From a virus, in the IMG/VR virus record IMGVR_UViG_3300029839_000013, positions 1-20,462 of that record: 20,462 bases of DNA; one strand, given 5' to 3'. Position 1 is the stretch's first letter; every line of letters starts with the position of its first letter. The notes under the pieces are model-generated. The model had not been told where the DNA came from. It ran no database searches and worked only from the letters and a program-made list of their open reading frames with translations. Below, one piece after another: positions 6,982 to 15,493 of the stretch. The translations under genes were made by a program, and so were the position numbers.

Positions 6982-7231
6982 CAAGCAGCCCCCACCATAC
7001 ATTGCGCTCATCATCAATCCAAATTGCGTTTTTTTTCAAAGCATAGGGATTTATTCCGTTTGTTCCCGGAAAAATTATCTCACCGTTTATTAATATGCCG
7101 TAATCTTCCCACTTACATACCATAAATGAAAGTTCTGACAAGTCTTGAAATTGTTTAGTATAATAAGCTTGAGGAACTCCAAGAGCGTCGAAATCATCTA
7201 AATTAATCAATTTATAAGCGGCTATTTCCAT
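6971..7231 (-). CDS. Hypothetical 86-aa tail or baseplate protein.
   Basis: Compact ORF in the tail operon between the TMP-proximal genes. Confidence 0.4.
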   Translation of the reverse strand: MEIAAYKLINLDDFDALGVPQAYYTKQFQDLSELSFMVCKWEDYGILINGEIIFPGTNGINPYALKKNAIWIDDERNVWWGLLDVN

Positions 7232-7234
7232 AGT

Positions 7235-7738
7235 CTAACCCCTCGGAAGTAAATTAATAACATTATCAACTTTATCAAGTACGGTCGCGGCTAATTGTTT
7301 GGCCGGAACGCTTGAAAACGTCATCTTGACTAAATATTGATTAGTGCCTTCAATCGTTGATTTGCTATAATCGGTTAAATAACCTTGCAACATAAAGCTA
7401 CTATCGTAGTATATTGTAATAAAATAGCTCATGTCCGTCGGGTCTTTGCTGTCGACTAATTCATAAACTTTTGCGGCCAAGCTTGTAAATGTTGTTCCAA
7501 CAACATTATCCTTTATAATCCTAAGTGTTAAAGTTAACGATTGTATGACTTTACGTTGATAAGTTAGCCCGCCAATTGTCTGGCTTTCAATTCTTACAGC
7601 ATCCTTTACATCATCAGCCATAATCCCGCTTATTTTTTCATCCAAATAAATAGGAACGACAGCAGGCAAGCCAATACTCCCAATGCTTAATATATTGGGG
7701 AATGTGAATACAATAACCGGTGCTTCTCCGCCTATCAT
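7235..7738 (-). CDS. Hypothetical tail protein immediately after the tape measure gene. Possibly a baseplate hub or tail-tip component.
   Basis: ATGA overlap with the TMP stop. 167 aa. Confidence 0.4.
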   Translation of the reverse strand: MIGGEAPVIVFTFPNILSIGSIGLPAVVPIYLDEKISGIMADDVKDAVRIESQTIGGLTYQRKVIQSLTLTLRIIKDNVVGTTFTSLAAKVYELVDSKDPTDMSYFITIYYDSSFMLQGYLTDYSKSTIEGTNQYLVKMTFSSVPAKQLAATVLDKVDNVINLLPRG

Positions 7739-8706
7739 CTAAAAATATCCTCTTGCGCTTGTTCATATTCTTCTTGTGTGATTTCACCCCTATAATATTG
7801 GGATTGTAAATCTGAAAGCCTTGATAATTGATTATATATATTTTTTACACCATCCACAAGCTTATTTATGCCCGATACCGTCGCGGTTTGTGCTTCGTAC
7901 ATTTTTTCTTGAACCGTCGCGGCGTAATCGTAATTTGATATAAGCTTATCCTCATATCCCGTTTCAGCCCGCTTAAATCTATCTTGCCGACTTAAAACAT
8001 CCGGCGTTATTAATGAGCTTCGAAGTTGTAAATTGTCATATTCTCGACGGAGATTATTAATCATCTGTTCGCGACTTGCCATAATGCCGCGTTGTATCAT
8101 TTCATCAAATTTTTCGTCATCAATCCCGGCAAATGCTTTTTGCGCTAAACTGTTCAAATCGACAGATAACAGTTTATTAATGTCAGCAGCTCCAGATTGG
8201 CCGAAAATTCCCTCAGCTGCTAATTGCCGGGTTTTAGGGTCTGCGGCTTGAAGCGATGAAAGAACTTGTAAAAATGTATTGGCATCTGCACCCTGACCGC
8301 GGAATTGATTTAACGGGGTATTAAAGCCCCGATTGGTTTTGTTCATTGTTTCGCGGAATTGTTGAAAAAGAGCATCAAAATTTTTTACGCCTGAAAGCTC
8401 GGATAATCTCGACAACTTCCAATATTCAGACGGCAACAAATTTTGAGCGGCGGCTTGTGCCTTAATATCTTGGTACTTGTTTAATGTCTCATCAATAGAG
8501 CTATTTAAACGGTCAATATCGTTAATCATAGCATAAACGGCGCCGGTAATTATGCCCGATATGCCTAAGCGTTTCAATCCTCGTTTAAGTGAGGTGTTAA
8601 ATTTTTCGGCGACGTTTTCAAAACGGTTGTTAAGATTATCCTCAATCTCTTTCGCGTCTTGCTTGTCAAGAACCGTTCTAATCTTAATTAAATACTCTCC
8701 CGCCAC
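7735..8706 (-). CDS. Tape measure protein, short (323 aa).
   Basis: Lies directly after the G/GT-like chaperone pair. It is largely helical and Q/A/L-rich, with one hydrophobic stretch (GISGIITGAVYAM). GTG start with a GAGGTG ribosome-binding site. Confidence 0.5.
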   Translation of the reverse strand: MAGEYLIKIRTVLDKQDAKEIEDNLNNRFENVAEKFNTSLKRGLKRLGISGIITGAVYAMINDIDRLNSSIDETLNKYQDIKAQAAAQNLLPSEYWKLSRLSELSGVKNFDALFQQFRETMNKTNRGFNTPLNQFRGQGADANTFLQVLSSLQAADPKTRQLAAEGIFGQSGAADINKLLSVDLNSLAQKAFAGIDDEKFDEMIQRGIMASREQMINNLRREYDNLQLRSSLITPDVLSRQDRFKRAETGYEDKLISNYDYAATVQEKMYEAQTATVSGINKLVDGVKNIYNQLSRLSDLQSQYYRGEITQEEYEQAQEDIFR

Positions 8707-9193
8707 TTCTTCACCTCTAACAAAGATTTATTGACTGCTTCTTCGAGGGTAAAATCCCCGCGTGTTTTCATCAGCTCGTTAACAGCCCCAACGATGTCGC
8801 CGCTTCCGTTTGGTATCTTCTTCAATTCATTTTTCGTTAAAAAAAAACATCAATTGATAAAATAGCCATACAGACATCAATAATTATATCAAACAGTTCT
8901 TTAATTTCAAGATTGGCAACATTCGCAGGCTGATAGTGTATACCGTTTTTGTCTTTCGCAAAAGCAACCAAGGCAAAAATTTCTTTTTCTTCAATCCCAG
9001 CAAAATAAAGAGAAGTGCGCAATATTTCGCGCTTTTCATCCTCTGCCATATCATTAAAGCGTTTTAAAAATTCTGCATAAGTTTCTTTTTCTTTGCGAAA
9101 TTCTGGCAGCATATAATAAGACAGCAAAAGGGTCTGTAATGCCTTAAAAGCATACAGCCCTTTTATGCCTTTTATGTCTCCCGCTTCAATCAT
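8688..9193 (-). CDS. Predicted -1 frameshift extension product (gpGT/gpE+E'-like), adding about 48 aa.
   Basis: Nine T in a row at the chaperone stop (plus-strand A-run 8839-8847). The -1 frame reads LTKNELKKIPNGSGDIVGAVNELMKTRGDFTLEEAVNKSLLEVKKWRESI before a stop inside the TMP start region. That 130-bp stretch is otherwise the only non-coding gap in the operon. Confidence 0.45.
8837..9193 (-). CDS. Tail assembly chaperone (gpG/gpE-like).
   Basis: 118 aa, acidic. Sits between the tube and TMP genes. It ends in a GTTTTTTTTTAA slippery run. Confidence 0.5.
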   Translation of the reverse strand: MIEAGDIKGIKGLYAFKALQTLLLSYYMLPEFRKEKETYAEFLKRFNDMAEDEKREILRTSLYFAGIEEKEIFALVAFAKDKNGIHYQPANVANLEIKELFDIIIDVCMAILSIDVFF

Positions 9194-9606
9194 TTAACGA
9201 CCGGCTTCAAATTGAACGTTTCAAATGTCAATTCTACATTATAAGTTTCTTCGCCCTCGGCAATGTTAAGCTGCTGCGGGAAGTGGGTAATAATGCAGTC
9301 TTTCCCGGTAAAATTTTCGCCGGTCATGCTGTCGATACAATACACATCAAGCAAAGTTTCATTTTCATATGCGTTTTGTAAAATCTGCATAATTTCGGCG
9401 GACAAATTCATAACGTTAAATAAAACGCTATCGGGCATCTTTGAATTTTCTTTGTAAACAAAACCCACTTTATTTTTTGAATTCGCCCCGCGCGTTTTGT
9501 GTTTGCGCTCATTACGGGTCACTGTAACGTTATCGACGTCCAAAAACTCGTAATCAACGCCATTGTACACAAAGCCGTTTTTGCTTCTCCAAAGTTGAAT
9601 TGACAT
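9190..9606 (-). CDS. Putative tail tube protein (138 aa).
   Basis: Position between the 318-aa protein and the chaperone, and its size. Confidence 0.4.
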   Translation of the reverse strand: MSIQLWRSKNGFVYNGVDYEFLDVDNVTVTRNERKHKTRGANSKNKVGFVYKENSKMPDSVLFNVMNLSAEIMQILQNAYENETLLDVYCIDSMTGENFTGKDCIITHFPQQLNIAEGEETYNVELTFETFNLKPVVK

Positions 9607-9610
9607 TTAT

Positions 9611-10567
9611 TTATTCTCCTTCGCTCATAGTTGAGACAATGCGCCATGTCGCTTTAGGCTGCGGAACGTTCGCCGCTGCTGACATAACAAAATTATCTTG
9701 GTCGGCCGTCACTGCGATGCTTCCTGCCGAAATTTGTCCGCTTTCGATGTACTTGTCAATAACCTTCTGTAATTGATTTTCCAGCAACGCAGCTTCGGCC
9801 GTTGTGTAATCTGGTTCATTCAGATTAAGCCAAGTTAAAGCGCTTCCCTGCAATTTTGTAATCAATTCTTGATAAATATAAGGCGCGGCGATTGCTACCG
9901 CTCCCGCATTTCCGCCGCAGACAAAGAACGCCAAGCGGTTGCCATATTCGGGGGAGCTTAAAACAAAACTTGCGCGAATTTCAAATAAATCGTCTGCCGT
10001 ATCAAGTGAGCTAACGCCGTCGTTGTAATCCATTGCAATATATTGCTGGTTAGTCCATTTATTTTTTTTGTAGGCCAAAAGTGAGCCGAAAGCTTTAAAC
10101 ATATTATTTCCGGCGGTTTCTTCTGCCTGATAAAAAGCGCAATGGTTTTCTTTTTTTACAAACTCTTCAATCAAACTGTCATCACTGCTTGAAATTCCGA
10201 CTACTCCATCGAACCCTTTCGGTAGTGTTAAGCCTGCGAGTGCTTCATCACCGAAGGCCGGGTCAATTAATATTGTAAAATAGTCAAATTCTGACATATT
10301 GGTAATTGCGGCGCTGTCAAGTGTGAGCGCATCCATAGGCAAAGCAAAGAATGACGTTAAACCTCCCTCAATTAATGACATCGGCGCGGTTGTGTCGGTG
10401 ATAGCGGCCAACTCTGACGCGTTCGTTACCTTGATAATGGTTTTTGACATTTCAGCAGTTTTTTGTTTAACGACAGCTAAAACATTATGAAGCCGCTGCG
10501 TTGAGGGGGACGGAATAGGCGTAAACCGGTTCACCTTCATAACATATTCAAGCAAAACATCATTCAT
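9611..10567 (-). CDS. Putative tail sheath, or major tail protein (318 aa).
   Basis: The gene order (this gene, then a 138-aa gene, then G/GT, then TMP) matches the sheath-tube-chaperone-TMP layout of Mu/P2-like contractile tails. gp25-like and J-like genes are present downstream. Confidence 0.4.
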   Translation of the reverse strand: MNDVLLEYVMKVNRFTPIPSPSTQRLHNVLAVVKQKTAEMSKTIIKVTNASELAAITDTTAPMSLIEGGLTSFFALPMDALTLDSAAITNMSEFDYFTILIDPAFGDEALAGLTLPKGFDGVVGISSSDDSLIEEFVKKENHCAFYQAEETAGNNMFKAFGSLLAYKKNKWTNQQYIAMDYNDGVSSLDTADDLFEIRASFVLSSPEYGNRLAFFVCGGNAGAVAIAAPYIYQELITKLQGSALTWLNLNEPDYTTAEAALLENQLQKVIDKYIESGQISAGSIAVTADQDNFVMSAAANVPQPKATWRIVSTMSEGE

Positions 10568-11004
10568 TTTTTAAAAACTCCTTTTATTAAATTTAAGACA
10601 ACCTCAACACCTTTTGTTTTTTTCGCCGGGTCATAATCTAGGCTTACCGTGTAAAACATTGGGATTGAAGTTTGACTAAAATAGCCCTCATAATCAGGGA
10701 ATTTTATATTTTCTTCTTTACCCAAAACTAAAAACCGGCTGCACCTTTCCTTTAAATTACCTTTTTTCATCGCTTCGCGCAACCTATTTTTAAAAAATCC
10801 GTTGGGGTAACCCTCTTTTGTCCCCCACATCCCAAGATTTAGCCGCACAGTAAAACGTTGCCGTCCATATTGTACATTTTGTTTTACCTCTTCAATATCG
10901 GCGTAAATAGCGCCTTGTTCTTTGCCGCTGTCAACGCTGGCATAAATTATCTTCTTTACGCCGAAAATTGCTCTTAAATCATCTGTCAGCTTATTTTTGT
11001 ACAT
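10564..11004 (-). CDS. Head-tail joining or tail completion protein (positional).
   Basis: Lies between the capsid genes and the sheath. 146 aa. Confidence 0.3.
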   Translation of the reverse strand: MYKNKLTDDLRAIFGVKKIIYASVDSGKEQGAIYADIEEVKQNVQYGRQRFTVRLNLGMWGTKEGYPNGFFKNRLREAMKKGNLKERCSRFLVLGKEENIKFPDYEGYFSQTSIPMFYTVSLDYDPAKKTKGVEVVLNLIKGVFKK

Positions 11005-11518
11005 TTCTTAAAAACCTAACTTTTATATTTTTAAAAAGCTGTCCTGTCGCCATAAGCAGCTGATTAAATCCTTTTTCTTTTGCCGTCTTTTGAGAGTTGC
11101 GGCCATAGTCTCCCCGCAAAATTGGGTTGCGGATAACTGCTTGAATAGCGTTTAAAATTCTCTGTTGGTTTCCTTTTCCGTTCAAGTTATCCACAATAAA
11201 ATTAATAACCGCCAATAAATCCGCATTTTTAGCCAATGTAAATGGCTTTCTCAACCACATAAATGCATCATCCATTTTTTGACCGATTTTCCATAAAGTC
11301 CCGTCTGGCTTGTTTCCTTGGCGCAATAATTTTTTGCCAGCATATGAATACCAATGTTTTTGGAATACCGGCTTGCCGTTCTGATAACCTAATAATGTCT
11401 TAAGCGGCGCATAATGCGGTTTATTCTGCAAAAGTCCGGCCTGAAATTGATATTTACCAACTTGGCCGGTTATATATTTTTCAAAACCTTTTCCTTTAAC
11501 AACTTTTCTTCTTCTCAT
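10991..11518 (-). CDS. Head closure or neck protein (positional).
   Basis: 175 aa, basic. Lies between the adaptor and tail genes. Confidence 0.3.
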   Translation of the reverse strand: MRRRKVVKGKGFEKYITGQVGKYQFQAGLLQNKPHYAPLKTLLGYQNGKPVFQKHWYSYAGKKLLRQGNKPDGTLWKIGQKMDDAFMWLRKPFTLAKNADLLAVINFIVDNLNGKGNQQRILNAIQAVIRNPILRGDYGRNSQKTAKEKGFNQLLMATGQLFKNIKVRFLRNVQK

Positions 11519-11784
11519 AAAGGCGACCCTAAAAAAACATTGTTAGGAACTGTTTTAATCAAATTAACATCAACCCCGTTAAATTTGGCATAATAATTTA
11601 ATCGTTCGACAGCATCACCCGCGCCGTCTCTTTTGTTTAAAATGAACGAGAGCGAATTAAAGAACTCAACCGCGTTTGAATGCGGCTTGCACCAAAGCAA
11701 TCTTTGTTCTGTCGGAGTTAGTGACGGTTGGTTAATTGCCGCTAAGATTGCATCCGCTTGTTCTATTAATTCGCTCTCAGTCAT
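11515..11784 (-). CDS. Head-tail adaptor/connector-like small protein (positional).
   Basis: 89 aa. Immediately follows the major capsid gene. Confidence 0.3.
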   Translation of the reverse strand: MTESELIEQADAILAAINQPSLTPTEQRLLWCKPHSNAVEFFNSLSFILNKRDGAGDAVERLNYYAKFNGVDVNLIKTVPNNVFLGSPL

Positions 11785-12702
11785 TTATTTACTCTTTGCT
11801 GTTCTTTTCAAAGAATTTGCCGCAGCAGCAACGCTTTTAAACGTTAGGGGCTGACTGATTGCCGCGCCGTATTCTTCAACATCAACCATGTTTGAACCCA
11901 TTTCAAAGTTGCCCCAAAAATACTTATCTTCTGGATTATATCCATTTTCGGACATAATCGGCAAACGGGTATAATTCAGGGTAACAAGTTCTTGCGAGTA
12001 AACAACGAAGCCGTTATTATTCTGGTTGAGCAAGGCGATGCTCGGAATAACCACAAATGTCGCTTCCGGCCACTCTCTTTCAATCGTTTCTCGAATGGTT
12101 GAACCGTTGTACAATACACGGTCAAGCAATCTAACAAGCTGCGCACCGTAAACGTAAACGAGGACGTCACGGGATGCGGTGTATTCGCTTACCTGCAACT
12201 TGATACCGGAAATAATATCCACCATTTGATTAGCCAACGCCATAATATCGGCGGTATTGTCAATTTCGATGCTCGTGTTGTTAATAACGTTTTTGTCGTT
12301 CGTCCGCAAAACGCCGTTGTTCATTCCATTATCACCATAAAGACCCATGGTGTCGAACATAATAGAGTAACCGCGAATTACTTTAGAAACAAGTTCAGGG
12401 ATGCGGTTAAAGTTGAAGTTATAAACGGACTGCGTGATTTTCGCGCCTTTAATATACTTCTTGAAAGTTTTAACCGTCTCGTGCGCTTTAATATGGCCGA
12501 TTTCAGTCTGTCCCGGCGTCAAATTCTGGGCAACGATGTTGTCCTTGTCGATGTCAAGACGTTTAAAGTTAATCTGCACGTCATTTGTCATGTCATGCTT
12601 GATTTTTTTTCTAATAGCCAAAATTACCGGCGAGTAAGAAAGCTGGACGGCGCGCAAATACTCTTCCGTCGTCCGAATGCTGCTAATTACATCAGTGACC
12701 AT
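11785..12702 (-). CDS. Major capsid protein (HK97-fold type, 305 aa).
   Basis: Position after the scaffold and decoration genes. Size and composition. AAAGGT ribosome-binding site. Followed by connector genes. Confidence 0.55.
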   Translation of the reverse strand: MVTDVISSIRTTEEYLRAVQLSYSPVILAIRKKIKHDMTNDVQINFKRLDIDKDNIVAQNLTPGQTEIGHIKAHETVKTFKKYIKGAKITQSVYNFNFNRIPELVSKVIRGYSIMFDTMGLYGDNGMNNGVLRTNDKNVINNTSIEIDNTADIMALANQMVDIISGIKLQVSEYTASRDVLVYVYGAQLVRLLDRVLYNGSTIRETIEREWPEATFVVIPSIALLNQNNNGFVVYSQELVTLNYTRLPIMSENGYNPEDKYFWGNFEMGSNMVDVEEYGAAISQPLTFKSVAAAANSLKRTAKSK

Positions 12703-12749
12703 TTTTTTACCTTTTCAAAAAAGTTAAACCCTAGTTGACCCTTCGGCTA

Positions 12750-13289
12750 TTAAGCTTTAGGCTGACCTCCCAAATTTTCAAGAGCTTGCGCCGCTTCGGT
12801 CGCTCCAGTTCCGCCGTTTGCGATTGCGAGCGTTCCGGTCACATCCGCAAGGTTAACAGTACCCTGGGCGGTGTTAATCACCTCCATAGGCGCCGGCATA
12901 TCAATACAACATGCATCATATACGGTACCGTCGGCAGCTCTAGCCCTGACAATTTCAGTAAAACGAAATGTTGCATTGATTTTAATGTTTCCGGCCGATT
13001 TTGCCGAAAATAACCCGGTGGCGGGGACGATATAAACGGGGTCGCCTACGTTAGCAATAACTTCATCATCTGCACATTGTACATAAATCTCACGGCCGCT
13101 TGCGAGTTTTTCGCCTGCTGCTAAACCCTGCCGGGCTGCAATACCCGACGGAATTTTTCCCGCGGTCATCAAATGGCAACCGTCGGCGTCTTCATAAACG
13201 GCCAGACCTTCCGCCACTTTTGTCGGGAATGGACGACTAACAATCTGGTCCGCATTTCCCCTTTCATAGGGAGTTGCTAAAAGTTTCAT
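12750..13289 (-). CDS. DUF2190-like head protein with a C-terminal fibre-like Gly motif.
   Basis: Lies between the scaffold and MCP genes. The core (GDPVYIVPATGLFS...) resembles DUF2190. The C-terminus TLAIANGGTGATEAAQALENLGG resembles the ANGGTGATTAAGARxNLG motif found in tail fibres. Confidence 0.4.
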   Translation of the reverse strand: MKLLATPYERGNADQIVSRPFPTKVAEGLAVYEDADGCHLMTAGKIPSGIAARQGLAAGEKLASGREIYVQCADDEVIANVGDPVYIVPATGLFSAKSAGNIKINATFRFTEIVRARAADGTVYDACCIDMPAPMEVINTAQGTVNLADVTGTLAIANGGTGATEAAQALENLGGQPKA

Positions 13290-13927
13290 TTACTTTTCTC
13301 CTTTAAAAAAGTTTCTGACATTTTTAAAAAACGCTCTTCAAAAGCGTTATTCCCTTCGGAGCCGTAACCTCCGTTATTTTGCAGAATTTCGGCCTTTCGT
13401 GCTAATTTTTTGCACTCAATCCCGACTTCCACAATTCCCCAAAAGTCGCCAGCTCTGCGGGATTTCTCCCGTTCGGTCAATTGGTTAAATAAATCGACTT
13501 GCGCTTTTATGCTTCCGGGCAAATTTTTAACATTTTCCTCAAACTGGATAAACGATTGAATTAATGCTTTTTTAATTTCTTGGGCTTTTTCCATTTCCGA
13601 AGAAAATTTTTTAGCATTCACAACCTCAATAATTTTTTGAGCTTCTTCCGGCAAAATTTCCTTATTCTGCTTAATATAATCATCCGCCGCAAGATTAAAT
13701 TTAATCGCCTGTTCCATTTCGGCGCGGCTTTCCTGATTATTCTGTTCGTCCCTCAAAGCGCTTTTTGCTTCGCTCAAAGTCCCGTTGTTATCATCATCGT
13801 TTTTTTTGCCGACCAACTGGTTAAACTGCTCTTGCGTTAAGGTTACATAAGTCACTTTTTCAGAACCGGGATTGTTGCCGGTGTTGTTGTTATTGTCTGC
13901 GCCGTTGTCTTTTGTTTCTTCGCTCAT
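13286..13927 (-). CDS. Scaffolding protein.
   Basis: 213 aa, highly charged and helical (E/K/Q-rich), with a poly-N/D N-terminus. It lies between the Mu-F-like and MCP genes, and its stop forms an ATGA overlap with the next gene. Confidence 0.5.
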   Translation of the reverse strand: MSEETKDNGADNNNNTGNNPGSEKVTYVTLTQEQFNQLVGKKNDDDNNGTLSEAKSALRDEQNNQESRAEMEQAIKFNLAADDYIKQNKEILPEEAQKIIEVVNAKKFSSEMEKAQEIKKALIQSFIQFEENVKNLPGSIKAQVDLFNQLTEREKSRRAGDFWGIVEVGIECKKLARKAEILQNNGGYGSEGNNAFEERFLKMSETFLKEKSK

Positions 13928-13929
13928 TT

Positions 13930-14529
13930 TTAAATTCCTAGTTTATCAAAAAAATTGTTGACATCTGTATTTTTATCTTTTTTTATCATTTTTTCAAGTG
14001 CTTTTTTTTGACTGTCACTTAAAACGTCATTGTTTAACGGGTCGTCACCTAAAAAATAGGCGCCACACTTACACCCGTAGTCATCGTTTGGAAATTCACC
14101 AATACCGCATTTAAACACTTTTCCATATTTTAATTGATGTTCTGGCCTAGGTTCTTTTGAAGAGGACGGAAGCCATATATAATACTCTCCCTTATGCTCA
14201 TCCTTCAAGCGCTGCGCTTCATCATATAGAACAACATTCTTAATCCGCTCTTTAATAAGCTTTTCATTGTTTAAAGCTTTTTTTTCAGGATTTTTAACAT
14301 CCTCGGCCTCAAGACGTTTTATTTTTTGCCGATAAAATTTTATTGCTCGGGTATAACTATCTTTTAACTCCCTTTCATCGAGGGTTGTAGCAGTCACAAG
14401 GGCGCGGAAAATTAATTTATTAATTGACAGATTTTTATTTAAAACGCGTCTTTTAAAAAATCCCTCCGGAAGGACTTTTTTTAAATAAGCATCCGGCAGC
14501 CAAAGCCTTTTATTCTTCGCCAAGGGCAT
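13930..14529 (-). CDS. Head morphogenesis protein (Phage Mu F / SPP1 gp7 family).
   Basis: Motif YIWLPSSSKEPRPEHQLKYGKVFKCG...YGCKCGAYF resembles the Mu-F VRPSH..LDG...NCRC signature. It follows the portal gene. Confidence 0.55.
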   Translation of the reverse strand: MPLAKNKRLWLPDAYLKKVLPEGFFKRRVLNKNLSINKLIFRALVTATTLDERELKDSYTRAIKFYRQKIKRLEAEDVKNPEKKALNNEKLIKERIKNVVLYDEAQRLKDEHKGEYYIWLPSSSKEPRPEHQLKYGKVFKCGIGEFPNDDYGCKCGAYFLGDDPLNNDVLSDSQKKALEKMIKKDKNTDVNNFFDKLGI

Positions 14530-15493
14530 ACTTTACAAACTTTTCTAGTTGTTCATTTGTTACGACTTCCGAACTTTCAAGATAAGGGATTGCTTTAACT
14601 AGTTCGGCGGTTTGGCGATAATTGTCCGTTTTGAAATTAATATTAATCTTCAACAATTCGTCAACATTTGGCTTGAAAATGGACATGAAAAAGGTTTTTA
14701 TCCCGTTTTCGTTAAATTCAAGTTCGGCTTCCCCGGTTGAGTTCATGCCGTTTGTGAGAATTCCCGTTACGAAGCTGGTCGTTAAATTAAATTCTCCAGC
14801 GATAAGCTGGGCATAAAATTCAATTGCATTCTTAACCGGGCCAATGTCAAGCTTTGTTAATTCAATATCATCTTCTTTGTCGATGAGAACCGGGCGCCCC
14901 TCTTTTAAGGCGGACACAATCGCGTTGCCTTGCATCTTCCATTCGGCCGATGAATTATTGGCCTGCGTTGTGCGTAATTCAGCAGCTTTAAATTTTAAGG
15001 CTTGCGCAAGTCCCAACTGTACGCCGGATGCTTTCAACGCATTAAACAGCAATGCAAGGTAAACAATGAGTAAGTCAGTTTTATAATACAATGCAAAATT
15101 AACAAAAATCCCGTCATCGGATTTTAAACGTTTTTCATAATCTTCGTAAATTTTAGTATATTTTTCGCCCAAAGCTTCATATGCTACATTTGTCGCTTTA
15201 TCATAAGCAATTGCCATAGTCCGCTTTTCAACAAGCGCAGTTGCGAGTAATGAAATGACACCTTTTGACAATATAGGGTCAACCATATTATAGCGGTTCC
15301 AAAGCGTTGTCGCTTTATCGTCTGGAAAATTTTCGCTATGCAAATAGCATTGTGTTAAAAGAGCCTCATAAAAGCTTAGCGCTTTCTCTTTAATAAAATC
15401 GTCCAATCCAAGCTTTAAACAAAAAACTTCTGGCAAATTTATAACATCATTTTCTGTCTGCTTACGATTGCCCCAAAAACTGAATACGCCCAC
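14510..15493 (-). CDS. Portal protein (327 aa).
   Basis: Lies immediately downstream of TerL, overlapping the TerL stop. Size is compatible with small portals. GTG start. Confidence 0.5.
   Translation of the reverse strand: MGVFSFWGNRKQTENDVINLPEVFCLKLGLDDFIKEKALSFYEALLTQCYLHSENFPDDKATTLWNRYNMVDPILSKGVISLLATALVEKRTMAIAYDKATNVAYEALGEKYTKIYEDYEKRLKSDDGIFVNFALYYKTDLLIVYLALLFNALKASGVQLGLAQALKFKAAELRTTQANNSSAEWKMQGNAIVSALKEGRPVLIDKEDDIELTKLDIGPVKNAIEFYAQLIAGEFNLTTSFVTGILTNGMNSTGEAELEFNENGIKTFFMSIFKPNVDELLKININFKTDNYRQTAELVKAIPYLESSEVVTNEQLEKFVKYALGEE

Noticed and set aside
8033-8734. Plus-strand ORFs 8033-8251 and 8552-8734.
   Set aside because: Antisense inside the tape-measure gene.
12226-12738. 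170-aa plus-strand ORF, and the nested 12434-12637 ORF.
   Set aside because: Entirely antisense within the major capsid gene. No start signal. Composition typical of a shadow ORF.
14622-15062. Plus-strand ORFs within the portal gene.
   Set aside because: Antisense shadow ORFs. No start signals.
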